The notes under the pieces were generated by a model that did no database searches, was not told where the DNA came from, and was given only the letters and a program-made list of their open reading frames with translations. The position numbers and the translations under genes are program-made. A DNA stretch of 63,811 bases, filler included. It is 14 parts of 14 records of this genome, joined end to end, with 100 filler letters (N's around TTAATTAATTAA, not from the genome) between each part and the next. Parts side by side here need not be neighbours in the genome. Positions count along the whole stretch, not along the records: positions 32,824 to 38,688 come from SRR15195285_4875; positions 38,789 to 44,185 come from SRR15195285_4877; positions 44,286 to 48,095 come from SRR15195285_4894; 11 more parts are not named here. One strand, given 5' to 3'. Of the stretch, positions 35,801 through 46,276 are shown piece by piece; position 1 is the stretch's first letter, and each line of letters opens with the position of its first letter.

Positions 35801-38688
35801 GAATCCAGCGACAAGTACCCGCAGGTAGTATTGCGCAGCGGTAAGGACAGAGTAGCTAAACTTGTACGCTTCGGTACAAGCTTGCCGCGGTACACATTTT
35901 CCATCACATGCAACTAACCGCAATGGTGCCGTGTCGATGCCACTGCAGATATCTGTATTGGGTGGGACCACACTTGGCACCCCAGATAAGTTCGGCATGT
36001 TGGCCCATGTGGCTGAGTCGTACAAATCAACCTGGATTAGCTGGACAGCCACCGAGTCACCTACGGTTGGTGCTAGGGCAGTCGCGTTCTCGTCTCTAGT
36101 GTGCACGAAGAACTCTGTGACCTCGGCTGCCACCAGCTGCGCCTTCACTTCCCCAAGAATCGAAAACGAAGCATTCGGTGACACTAGACCAGTAGCGACA
36201 GGCAAGCATTTGTACTCTGACGGCGAGCAAGCACCGGCGGTGCAAACGTATTTGCTAGCTGTACACGTGCCGTTGAAGCAAATCGCCAAGCAGTCAGCTA
36301 GAAGATCAACCACTGGCTCTGGCTCTGGCTCAGGCTCAGGTTCGGGCTCGGGCTCGGGCTCGGGTTCTGGGAACACCTGTAGGGAGCAGTCTGTGGTGCC
36401 CCATGGTTCATCGCAGGTACACTGCCCAGTGACCATGTCACACGACCCACGCCCGCTGCATGTGTTGTTGGCGCCACCAGGACATTCCTCGCCACAATCG
36501 AGGCCCCAGCGACCTTCAGTGCAGTTGCACAGTGTGTATTCTAGACAAGTTCCAAACGAAGCGTTGCAGCTTTCATAACCCAAGACGATCTGCAAATTTT
36601 CTGCTGCCCATGTGCCGTTGCAGGGCAGCGGACACTCTACAATTTCTTCAGCGTAGCCGATACCTGAGTCAAATCCTACACATTGGTACGACTCTGAGGT
36701 TTCGATGCACGCATCTGTGTCGCTCGTCATGCCAGGACAAAATCCGCACTGGCGCTTTGCGCGTTCAGCGACACCATCGGAGGACTGCCTCGGAGTATCA
36801 TTCAAGCAGTCGTCGCAGCCGTTGTAGTCCTCACACGGGCATGAATCATACGCCCAAGCATTATTGTCGGTGGAGCACATTGCGGGGAAGAAGCTGTATG
36901 CCGAGTTTCCGTCGATGCACTGTGCCCCACTCCATAAGCCGGTCTCAGAATATCGTGCATCGTCGCACCACCCGCATCCTGGGACGCTATTGCAGTCTGC
37001 GCAGCTATCCAGAGCTGAGCAAGCTGTTCGTACGTACACAACACCAGCTGTGCTATCGCCATCTGTGTCGAGACATTCGCATACACTTTCAGTCGGACTT
37101 GCTGACACTATGGCACATGTACTGTTGACCACAGAGCCTGAGTTTCCAGTGATATCAAACTGAATCGCAGCGTCGATGATTCCAGAAACGCATCGAGGTG
37201 TTTCTGACGAGAAAAGACTGTTCGCAGACGACTGACGCGGTAAATGCAGACGTACAGTTGGGAGCACAAGGCGAGTTTGTGCTCCGTTTACATAAGAGAC
37301 GAGAGAAAACATTATATGGTCAGATGCGAAATGCTCTGCTGCAACAGTCAGCTGGTGGCTATAACTGACTGCCATCAGGTCGTAGAACTGCACTGTACCA
37401 GATTGGCTGACGTCCGATGGTAAAACGAGGGCTGCGCCCGACAAGAAACTCAGAGTCACGTCGTTGATCATCTCTGGGCACAGCCGAGAAACAAGTAGCT
37501 GAAAATACGCAGATGACAGGCTTGTCCGGTATGTGGGCGCATTGCACACTTGCCCGAACAGAATGGCGTTTGATAGACTTGTCACAAGCTCTCGAGTTTG
37601 CGCGGCGACTTCATCCGAGTCGGGAGTGCTGACACTTGCAACCAAGACGGCACTCACAACACGTGCAGCTGCCCTGTATGCAGAATCATCTAAATGATGC
37701 ACCAGCTCAAGCACTGAGCTGCCAAGCAGAATCTCAGTCATGTCCAGGATCGCCTGCAGGGACACCTTTGTCATTTCAGATGTCAACGCGCTGTCAACCA
37801 GCAGACCAAGTCGACCAATATGTGAAGATACGGTACTGCTGTCAGCCAAAATGCCGTTCCGCACCGCCGTTTTCATGTGCATGGTAAGAGACTCCCACAG
37901 CAGCTGTGTGTTTTCTACTGCCGGGCTCGCCGCTTGGCCAAGTGCTGTGGCAACCACATCAATCACACGCATGCTCCGTCCGTAGTCACGAAGACTTGCT
38001 GCTGCAACAGCCTCGCCAGCAAGCAGTTCTTCCACAGCTGCTACGTGCGAGTCCGCAGAAGGATTCCTGAAGTTGAAGCAACGTGAGTGCGTCGTCGACA
38101 CCCCGTTGCTATCCATCACTCGCAGTGACATGCCGACGTGGTATTCTTCTTCCATACGACCCATCGGAATTTTGACTCGCAATTCAGAGTGCAGTGTCCG
38201 AGCCACACGCAACGATCCGAGTCCCTCGGTCGCAGATGCGCAACCAAAGTGTAGCTCGTAATCGTAAAGCAAGGCACCCGGCCCGTACAAGCTGTCCCAG
38301 TTGACTGCAAAAAGACGTACATCCAAATATATCTGAGTGCTGCCCAAGACGAGCGCGGCGCCGTCCGACAAGAACCTGCTCGTTTCCACCTGGACTTGGC
38401 AGTAATTCTGATCGCTGCATGTGATCGGGCAGGCATTGCTAAGCGTCCCGTCTCCGCCTGGATCGATCAAGCCAACGCCGGAGCCCGGCCGAAGATCAAG
38501 CGTACAAACAGTGGTAGACGCTGGCAGCCCAATGGAATAAAAATACGGCATGTAGTCTGCTATAAGATTGTACACATATGAACACGACCGTTGCTTCCAG
38601 CCGAAGTCGCGACTATTTTGTGTGAGCGATCCGAGGAATTCATTATCATCGTAGCAGCCTTCGCTTGTCACAAGCGGCGGACTAAGGT
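32824..38688 (-). CDS. Giant polycystin/REJ-like extracellular protein fragment (REJ-end, GAIN/GPS-like, PSI, EGF, filamin-Ig, PKD/REJ), both ends truncated
   Basis: One open frame across the whole contig. PSI (CADCNSVPGCGWC), EGF (CPGGANNTCSGRGSC...CTCDEPWGTTDC), filamin (GLQETVAGEQASYVVELRDQYGN) and REJ (LVLDGTDTYDPD...FEWSC). Confidence 0.82.
36313..36370 (-). repeat. Coding (PE)n hexanucleotide repeat
   Basis: PEPEPEPEPEPEPEPEPEP linker inside the large ORF. Confidence 0.9.
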
Positions 38689-38788
38689 NNNNNNNNNNNN
38701 NNNNNNNNNNNNNNNNNNNNNNNNNNNNNNNNTTAATTAATTAANNNNNNNNNNNNNNNNNNNNNNNNNNNNNNNNNNNNNNNNNNNN
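38689..38788. other. Artificial contig linker
   Basis: N44-TTAATTAATTAA-N44. Confidence 0.99.
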
Positions 38789-38843
38789 CCCCCCCCCCCC
38801 CCCCCCCTCCCCCCGCCCTTGCCTTCCAGACGCTGAGCACCCG

Positions 38844-41167
38844 ATGATGCGTATTCTTGCGGCTGGCGCCCTCGCCACGCTTGTCTCCGCGAACCAGTAC
38901 GACGTGCTGTTCCCGAAGTACAACGCACCGGCAGAGTGCACGGATGGCTGTGCAAAGTGGGCGGACGTCGCCGGCGACGGGGTGACGGGCGTCAAGCAGG
39001 CTGCAGTTGCGGCACTGTTCGCCAACAACACCGTGCCCGCCGATGCTGGATCTTCCTGTGCTATGCCAGGCTCTGCCCCAGTCCACGGCGAGGGGCGCCG
39101 GATGCTGACGAGCGGAGATGCCGAGGACTCTTGGATGTGGAGCCTGTCGAAGGCCGCCGCCGAGACCGGCTCGGTTCCGATCTGCTTCTGCAAAAACAGC
39201 AAAGGTGCCGCAAATGAAACGCTCATCGGTGGCGTGGTCGGCTACTGCAGCCCTCCCATGAGCGTCCCTGAGCAGATCAACCTCCAGTACGCCGCCGCAG
39301 ACATCGTCGTTGCGGCATTCGTCACGTATGAAGACCAGCTGCCTTCGAACGCACCGACTGCGATGTTCGGCGAGGAGAGCGCCAAAGCGAAGCAGCTGAC
39401 CGGTGTCTCGCACTGGTACGTCAACGGCGACCGCAACTACACGCTCAACTTCGTGAGTGTCTAGGCTCCACGTGTTCTATCCCATCCTGACTTGCAGCGC
39501 GTATGCTGACGCACACGAACACTCGCCACGTGCAACCAGGTCAAGTTTGACGGACTCAAGCCTGGCACTCGCTACTCGTACAAGGTTAAATCTGGCGCTA
39601 GCAATGGCGCCTGGTCTGACACGTTCACCTTCCGCTCACTCCGCGCTGGGCCAGAGACTCGCATTGGCATGTAGTAAGTCTCCCAGTTCGTCGCCGCCTC
39701 CCCTGAATGCCACATTCCACGTGTACCAACGCGCATGCACGTGCTGCAGTGGGGACATGGGTGTGTCGGAGTACAACAACATGCAGAATCTCTTGACGGA
39801 CTGCCAGTCAGGAAAGATCGATGTCTTCGCCCACAGTAAGTCTAACCGCTCGCTAACTCCTCCCTGAACGGTGCATTTCACGTCCACCAACGCGCGTTGG
39901 TTCACATGTGACCGTACGTGAACAACGTGGTGTCACGTGCTACAGTGGGCGACCATTGCTACAACCTCGGCATGCAGGATGATCGCAAGGGTGACGCTTA
40001 CATGAACGCTCTGCAGCCACTGACAGCCACCTGCCCGTGGATTCCTATCATTGGCAACGTAAGTCGTCTGTTTCCTTACCCCAAATGGCACTGTACATCA
40101 TCTGCTGCTGATGCGCCCTACGTGGTCTGTAGCACGAGAGCGCCGACGGTGATAAGACCCACCGGTAAGTGAATCGCAACTGCTTGCTCACACACGCGCA
40201 GTGCTCCCCCAGAGGCGCTGTGCTCGGCGTCCTCTCGCTCACTTGGTTCTGATGGGTCAGGTACCTCAACCTGACTTGGGGCGAAGCTTACGCCAACCCG
40301 CTGGAACACTCAACCTCCACTGCCACCTCTGCACTTGGGCACGTTCTGACCAAGGGGACCTTCCTTGGTGCTGGTCTACATGGAACAACACCCTCTGGCA
40401 CGAGCAACTACTTTTCTGTTGATGTAGGGATGGTCCACATTGCAGCACTCTCGACAATCACTCCATCCGGCGACGAGCTTGCATGGTTGCACAAGGACCT
40501 TGCTGCGGCAAACGCGAACCGCAAGAACGTGCCCTGGGTGATCGTCACTTCGCACTACCAAATCTATCTCGCCTCCAAGATGGAACGTGACATGTCTGCG
40601 TCCGCTGCCTATTACAACGGCGAAAGTGGAGAATTCTCCCCCGATCCACTCGATGCATTCCGTAGCTGCTCCGCCGCGGGTGAGCCAGAGGACTGCCGTA
40701 CCGTCGGTGAAGAACTAGATGATGCTGCTCAGCTTCTCGACCCAATCTTCACCAGGTATGGCGTAGATGTTTACAACGCTGGACATGCACATGAGTACGG
40801 AGTGACGTGGCCAATGGTCAACGGCTCTTCGGTCCAGCACGACTACAACGATCCGAAAGGCACTGTTTACATCACCGAAGGCAACGGTGGAGTCCCTGGT
40901 GTCACGTCTGCTCACAAATTCAACAATGTATCGGCCGAGTGGGGGCGAATTCATGGCACAGGCGGCGCCTACGGCCGACTTCTGTGGACGAACCGTACAG
41001 TGATGACGTATGAGCATGTGAGTCATGTGGCGCACACGCGGACCACATACAGCACCTTGTGTACACATTCTGGGCTCACTGTTGGCATGTCACAGGTGTG
41101 GAACAACGGCAACAACGGTACCGGCGAAGTCATGGAGACCTGGGCTATTACCAACTCGAAGAAATAA
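38844..41167 (+). CDS. Secreted purple acid phosphatase (Cys-rich N-terminus + FN3-like + metallophosphoesterase), 7 exons
   Basis: After splicing, all five metal motifs are present: GDMG, GDHCY, GNHE, VTSH and GHAH. Introns 39453-39539, 39674-39749, 39836-39945, 40059-40132, 40165-40260 and 41018-41095. Confidence 0.92.
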
Positions 41168-41400
41168 GTCACGCACGCTCAAAACTGCTGAGCGGCAGCC
41201 ATGATGTTGAAATTTTGTCGTGGTCTACATGTATGCAATCACATGGTCTATACAACACATGTTGATGTTATGAATTACACCCTTGCCCATCATTGCGGAA
41301 CAAATGAACGTCTACATCCACACCGGTGGGCCTTCCGTCCCAGTTATCTCTGACGCTGCGCTACCCTACAAACTCTACGCGCTGGATCGATGTCTGCTGC

Positions 41401-42198
41401 TCAGTTATGCGATGTCTCGGCACTGAACAATGATTGGATGACGACGTCATCTGGAGACCAGAAAGCCTCTGGAACAACGCAAGCCTCGGATGACTCCTTG
41501 AAACGAACGCCCTCTGCTCTTAGCAAACAGAGCTGCCTGTTGCCGCCAGAGTCTGCAGGCAGCGAGATCTTCCCTGCTGCATTGATGACGCGCTGCCATG
41601 GCACCACACCACCAGACAGTGCCGTGGCGAGCAGCTTGCCGACCTGTCGAGCGTTGCGTGGAGCCCCAGCATATCGTGCAACTTGGCCATAGGCAGCTAC
41701 CTTTCCCCGTGGAATCGCTGCAACTACCCGTAGCACACGCCACGCGAAGTCATGCTGCACAGCCGACGGGACAATACGAAATGTAGCTGGGCGCGTCACA
41801 GCGGTGCCATTTGGATCGATCGGTCGACAGTTCTGTGGTGCACCAGTGCCGTCGTCCGCTCGCCGCCGTCGTTTCAAGCGGTTGGTGGGATGCGTGGGCC
41901 TTCCAGGTGACCCTCCGTCGGGCGGCGAATTCACTGCCGCGGCCTGCCTGAAGTCACACCCGCGTGGTAAAATAGCTGACATCACCTCGTCAGGACCCGG
42001 TTCCACTGTGTCACCCTGGCACACCACCCGGCCTCTGTGCACCAGTCGCAGCTGCTCTGCAAGATCGGCGGGGAGTCCAAGCTGCTCCGTGATGCGCTGG
42101 CGTAGCTCTGCAGCCGTGATGGGCTCCGCGGGAAGCCCACTCACACTACCGGCTACCCCACTGCCACCACGCCGAAGCAGGTTGACGGTCAAGCCCAT
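41401..42198 (-). CDS. Ubiquitin-like domain + alkyltransferase-like (ATL, MGMT family) protein
   Basis: UBL (ITAAELRQRI...QLRLVHRGRVV) and MGMT-type domain (VAAIPRGKVAAYGQVA...ARQVG...VPWQRVINAAG...LLRAEGV). Trp replaces the active-site Cys. Confidence 0.88.
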   Translation of the reverse strand: MGLTVNLLRRGGSGVAGSVSGLPAEPITAAELRQRITEQLGLPADLAEQLRLVHRGRVVCQGDTVEPGPDEVMSAILPRGCDFRQAAAVNSPPDGGSPGRPTHPTNRLKRRRRADDGTGAPQNCRPIDPNGTAVTRPATFRIVPSAVQHDFAWRVLRVVAAIPRGKVAAYGQVARYAGAPRNARQVGKLLATALSGGVVPWQRVINAAGKISLPADSGGNRQLCLLRAEGVRFKESSEACVVPEAFWSPDDVVIQSLFSAETSHN

Positions 42199-42759
42199 TC
42201 AGAACGCTCTGGATGCTGCGTGCCCCCGTGCGCCGCCTGCCAAATTGAAATTCGAGGCGGGAGGTGGACCCACGCACCCACCCGGCACCCAGCGACGGCA
42301 GCGTTCCAGAATTACACGGAATTCCAATCCAGCGGAGGGCTGATGCAACAGGCTCGGCTCGCGAGAGCCGGAAAGCTCCGCCCACCAACCTTTTTAGCCG
42401 TGTGTACACAGCTGTACGGCTCTACCCGTCTACGCTCTACCGGTGCGCTACGTGTGTAGATCTAGGATTCTGCAGTATTGCGTACTATTGTTGGATTGCG
42501 TTTGCGACTTGAATACAATTTTTTCACCGAACCAGACGGCCCGCGCTCTCTGAGTCTCTCGCGGTCTCGCGCGCGAGCCGCGAGGCGGACTCTCGCGGGC
42601 GGTCCGCGATGGCGGTTGGCGCGGACGTTGGCCACGAGCACGCGCGAAACAGCGAGTGACGATCGACCACCAGCTTCAGATACCTGGACTGCTTACTGAG
42701 CGCCGAAGCGAAGGCAGCGCCGCCACGCTGGCTGGCGCTGGCTCGGAACGGGCGGTGGG

Positions 42760-43917
42760 ATGCGTTCGCGTCCGCTGGACGCCGTGCGGACGCCCTCGCC
42801 GCACCTGCAGGTGCGGCATGCGGACGATCCGCGTCCGTACCTCGTGATGCCTGCGCGGGCGGATCGTGAGGCCTTATTTACGCGTTGGTGCGCGACGGGT
42901 GATGATTTCCTCTCACAGCCCGAGGTGGAGCGCGCGATCGATGAGCTGTGGCCACAGCTCAATCACCGCAAGATTATCGCGCTGGCGTTCCGCGCGGCGG
43001 ACACGGGAGGCGACCAGCTGATCGACCGACGGGCCTTCAAGCGGGTCCTGCAGCATGCGGTATTCTTCAACGATCGGTCCCAGGTGCTGGAAACCGTAAA
43101 CAGCCGAACCAGTGGGCGGGTTACTCGCAGCGAGTTCCGTAAGGTGCTACCGCTGCTGGGGATTTCCATCCGCCCGGCGCAGGCTAACGATGAGTTCGAT
43201 GCACTCGATGAGGACGACGCGGGGTTCGTCTTGTTCGAGGAGCTGTGTGAGTGGGCTGCACGGTACCACGCGCACGAGCACGCGGGTGCTAGCAGCTCGC
43301 CGCGCAGCCGCTCGTCGCGTAGCCGTTCGCGTTCTCTTTCGCCGGCTAGTTCGCCAATGCGCGCGGTCAGCCCGCGCCGGTCCCGCTCACGATCTCCAAG
43401 CTCCAGGTCGCGCTCGAGGAGTCCGGAGGAGTCGCGGGTGCGCCGGCCACCGGGACTCCGGCTAGAGCCTGCCCAATCTACACTACATGAGGCAGAAGGC
43501 ACCACCACGCTGACTTCAGAGGAGCTGCGTGAACGGCGCCGAATACAGCGGCTGAGTGACAGGCGCAGGGGGCGCACCAGACGTGCGCGAGAGCATCAGC
43601 GGACCGCAGCGCGGGGCAGCACGCCGTTGCTCGCAGGGCATGAACACTCGATAGCGAGAACTGAGAGTCTCTCTTCTTCTGCGTCGTCATTTTCGTCATC
43701 CCCCTCTGGTTCTGACGAGGAGCCGTTCTTGGTGTTTTATGAGGATACCAACAGTCAACGTGAGGGAATGTCGCGTTCGGCTGCGGCCGAGGCACGGCGT
43801 TCTGCTCGGCGATCTCACCCTTCGGTGCAGTGGAAAGGCGCAGATTTTAGCGACTGGCCACCGAGTGGCCGAGTTGACCCCGTTGCAGCAACGGAGCGTT
43901 GGCAACCTTGCACGTAA
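42760..43917 (+). CDS. Calflagin-like EF-hand protein with RS-rich tail, 3' probably partial
   Basis: LSQPEVERAIDELWPQLNH...AFRAADTGGDQLIDRRAF...EFDALDEDDAGFVLFEELCEW. A gtaagt donor at 43914 suggests further exons; the start is uncertain. Confidence 0.72.
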   Translation: MRSRPLDAVRTPSPHLQVRHADDPRPYLVMPARADREALFTRWCATGDDFLSQPEVERAIDELWPQLNHRKIIALAFRAADTGGDQLIDRRAFKRVLQHAVFFNDRSQVLETVNSRTSGRVTRSEFRKVLPLLGISIRPAQANDEFDALDEDDAGFVLFEELCEWAARYHAHEHAGASSSPRSRSSRSRSRSLSPASSPMRAVSPRRSRSRSPSSRSRSRSPEESRVRRPPGLRLEPAQSTLHEAEGTTTLTSEELRERRRIQRLSDRRRGRTRRAREHQRTAARGSTPLLAGHEHSIARTESLSSSASSFSSSPSGSDEEPFLVFYEDTNSQREGMSRSAAAEARRSARRSHPSVQWKGADFSDWPPSGRVDPVAATERWQPCT

Positions 43918-44159
43918 GTTTTGCCGACCGACAGCAAGCACTCGGTTGCCTCGGATCGGTTTGTTCATGTAGCGCCGGAGCTGCACTACTCGAATAGTTT
44001 GCTGCTGCCTGAGCGCCGACTTTGTGCGCTGCGCAGCTTCTACAGCTCATGTCTCAACTGCTGGGCACTACACTGGGATCCGAGCGGGCAATTTGACCCC
44101 GCTGAAGTCGCATCGACAGTATTCTCCATCCTCTCCGTACGTCTGGTGACGAATTCCGC

Positions 44160-44185
44160 CTGCTGCTGCTGCTGCTGCTGCTGCT
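44160..44185. repeat. (CTG)n microsatellite at contig end
   Basis: About 8.7 copies. Confidence 0.9.
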
Positions 44186-44285
44186 NNNNNNNNNNNNNNN
44201 NNNNNNNNNNNNNNNNNNNNNNNNNNNNNTTAATTAATTAANNNNNNNNNNNNNNNNNNNNNNNNNNNNNNNNNNNNNNNNNNNN
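44186..44285. other. Artificial contig linker
   Basis: N44-TTAATTAATTAA-N44. Confidence 0.99.
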
Positions 44286-44323
44286 CCCCCCCCCCCCCCC
44301 CCCCCTCTCTCTCTTATACACTA

Positions 44324-46102
44324 ATGTTGACCGGAGTAGGCATCACCGCGGACAACGCGAGGATTGTCGCGGCGACGCTGTTCTCGGCGGGCGTCGCGAC
44401 CGCCGCGCTCTCGTGCTGCGGGCGGCTGTGCGCCGCGCCTCCGAGGCGCAGGCCGAGGCGACATGCCGGCGCAGATAATGTCAAAGCGAACAAGGACGGC
44501 GGACTGCAGATGGAAATCGATCGTCTGGAGGCCAAGCTCAAGCAGCGCGGCGAGGAGGCTGCGTCATCCCCCGGCAGCGTGCGGCGAGCCGCTCTGCACG
44601 CCGAAACGGGCGAGGATCTCGGGCTGTTGCGGGGTGCATTGAAGCACGACGCCACAATATCTGCCGTGGCTGCACTACCAGCCACAGGGCAGCTGGCGGT
44701 GGGACTAGATAGTGGCACTGTCGTGGTCTGGGACGCAAGCTCCCGCGCCCGCCTCCACACAATCGAAACTGCTGGCGCACCGGGAAGCCCTGTCGCAGCG
44801 ATGGCGCACGAAGCTTCGCTGCAACTGACGGCGACCGCCCGCGAGGACGGTACAGTGCAACTATGGGACGCCCGATGGGAAGAGTTCGGGCGCATTACGA
44901 CGGCGAAGGGCGGCGACGACCGCGCTCCGTCGTCGGTTGAAGTGCTTCCACCACATGTCGGGTCGGCGCACGGGTCGGTGTGCGTTGGCTACACTGACGG
45001 CACAATCATGGTGTGGCCACTGACTGCTGATGCAAATTCCGCAAGCGCCGATGCTGCGTCCGAGAATCCAGGCCTGCTGCTCGAGCAGGCGACGCAGGCT
45101 TTGCATCGTGGGCGCACGACGGTCTCGTCTGCCGTCACGCGACGGAACGGCGCAGATGTCGCCAGCCTTAGCGAGGACATGGTTGCGCTGCGGTCGTCAG
45201 TGGACGCACTTCTCGATGCGGCTGACCAGCTGATGCCCCTGATCGGTCTCGCGGCAGGCGTTGGTGGAGAGACGCCACGACGCCGTGCAGACCGCAAGAG
45301 TGCAGGGGGAGTTGACCTGCAAGCACTGGCGTGTGCTTGCGGCGAGGTAGCCACGCTAACTGGAGAGCATGAAGAAGCCGTAGCGACGCTTCTCTGGGTG
45401 GAACAGTCCGAGACGCTCATTTCAGGTTCGTATGATACGACGATGTGTGTCTGGAAACCACGTGTTGCTGCGCGCCCACCACCACGCAGCGTGGGCAGCA
45501 GGCTGTCCGTTGCCAGCAGTGTCAGCAGTGGACCGAGTGGTGGTGGCACCAGTGTCATCTGGGATTGCATAGAACAGCTCGGCGTCGAGGACAACGATGT
45601 TCTCACGCAGTCAGTGCGCTCGCTGTGCTGCATCAACGTTGCATCGCACGCTGAGGGTGGGCGCAACTTGCCTGGTGCTGATACTGGGCGTGTTATCGCG
45701 AGTGGGCACGGGGATGGCCGCCTGAAGATGTGGCAGGTCGGAGTCTCATCTCCTATCACCCAAGCTGATGGGCACTTTGACGATGAGCGAGACAGCGCTG
45801 TCACATGCGTGCTCAGCGTTGAAAATGCGGCTTCTGCGGCTGCATCGTACGTCGCGAGCGCCTCTGAAGACGGCACGGTGAAGCTCTGGACAGTGGCATC
45901 CTTGCTTGACACCCGCGCGCGGGGCAAAGGTAATGCTCGACCGGTGACGACACTGTGCCGCGAGCAGGCATCCGCAGGCGTGGGACTTGATGGCCAGATG
46001 CTCTCAGTGAATGCGCTTGCGCTAGTGCACGCTGGAACAGTGCCAATTTTGGCAGTCGCAGCTGGTGAATCGATCGACCTTTGGCAGATCGTGGGTGTTT
46101 AG
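44324..46102 (+). CDS. WD40-repeat protein with N-terminal hydrophobic anchor and short coiled coil
   Basis: About 7 WD units, including SGTVVVWD, DGTVQLWD, SGSYDTTMCVW, SGHGDGRLKMW and SASEDGTVKLW. Confidence 0.88.
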   Translation: MLTGVGITADNARIVAATLFSAGVATAALSCCGRLCAAPPRRRPRRHAGADNVKANKDGGLQMEIDRLEAKLKQRGEEAASSPGSVRRAALHAETGEDLGLLRGALKHDATISAVAALPATGQLAVGLDSGTVVVWDASSRARLHTIETAGAPGSPVAAMAHEASLQLTATAREDGTVQLWDARWEEFGRITTAKGGDDRAPSSVEVLPPHVGSAHGSVCVGYTDGTIMVWPLTADANSASADAASENPGLLLEQATQALHRGRTTVSSAVTRRNGADVASLSEDMVALRSSVDALLDAADQLMPLIGLAAGVGGETPRRRADRKSAGGVDLQALACACGEVATLTGEHEEAVATLLWVEQSETLISGSYDTTMCVWKPRVAARPPPRSVGSRLSVASSVSSGPSGGGTSVIWDCIEQLGVEDNDVLTQSVRSLCCINVASHAEGGRNLPGADTGRVIASGHGDGRLKMWQVGVSSPITQADGHFDDERDSAVTCVLSVENAASAAASYVASASEDGTVKLWTVASLLDTRARGKGNARPVTTLCREQASAGVGLDGQMLSVNALALVHAGTVPILAVAAGESIDLWQIVGV

Positions 46103-46276
46103 CTGCTGCCCAGGTGTGCAGCGCAAGGACTATGGTGCATTCGGCATGTGCATTAAACACATGGCAGTCCGAGCAATTCAGTTCCACAACCGAAAGGACT
46201 CCTGCTCCTCTTCCCAACCAAACCGCCGAGAGGCAGCCTAGAAACAAATGCTAGCGAGGCACATGATGGCAACCGG

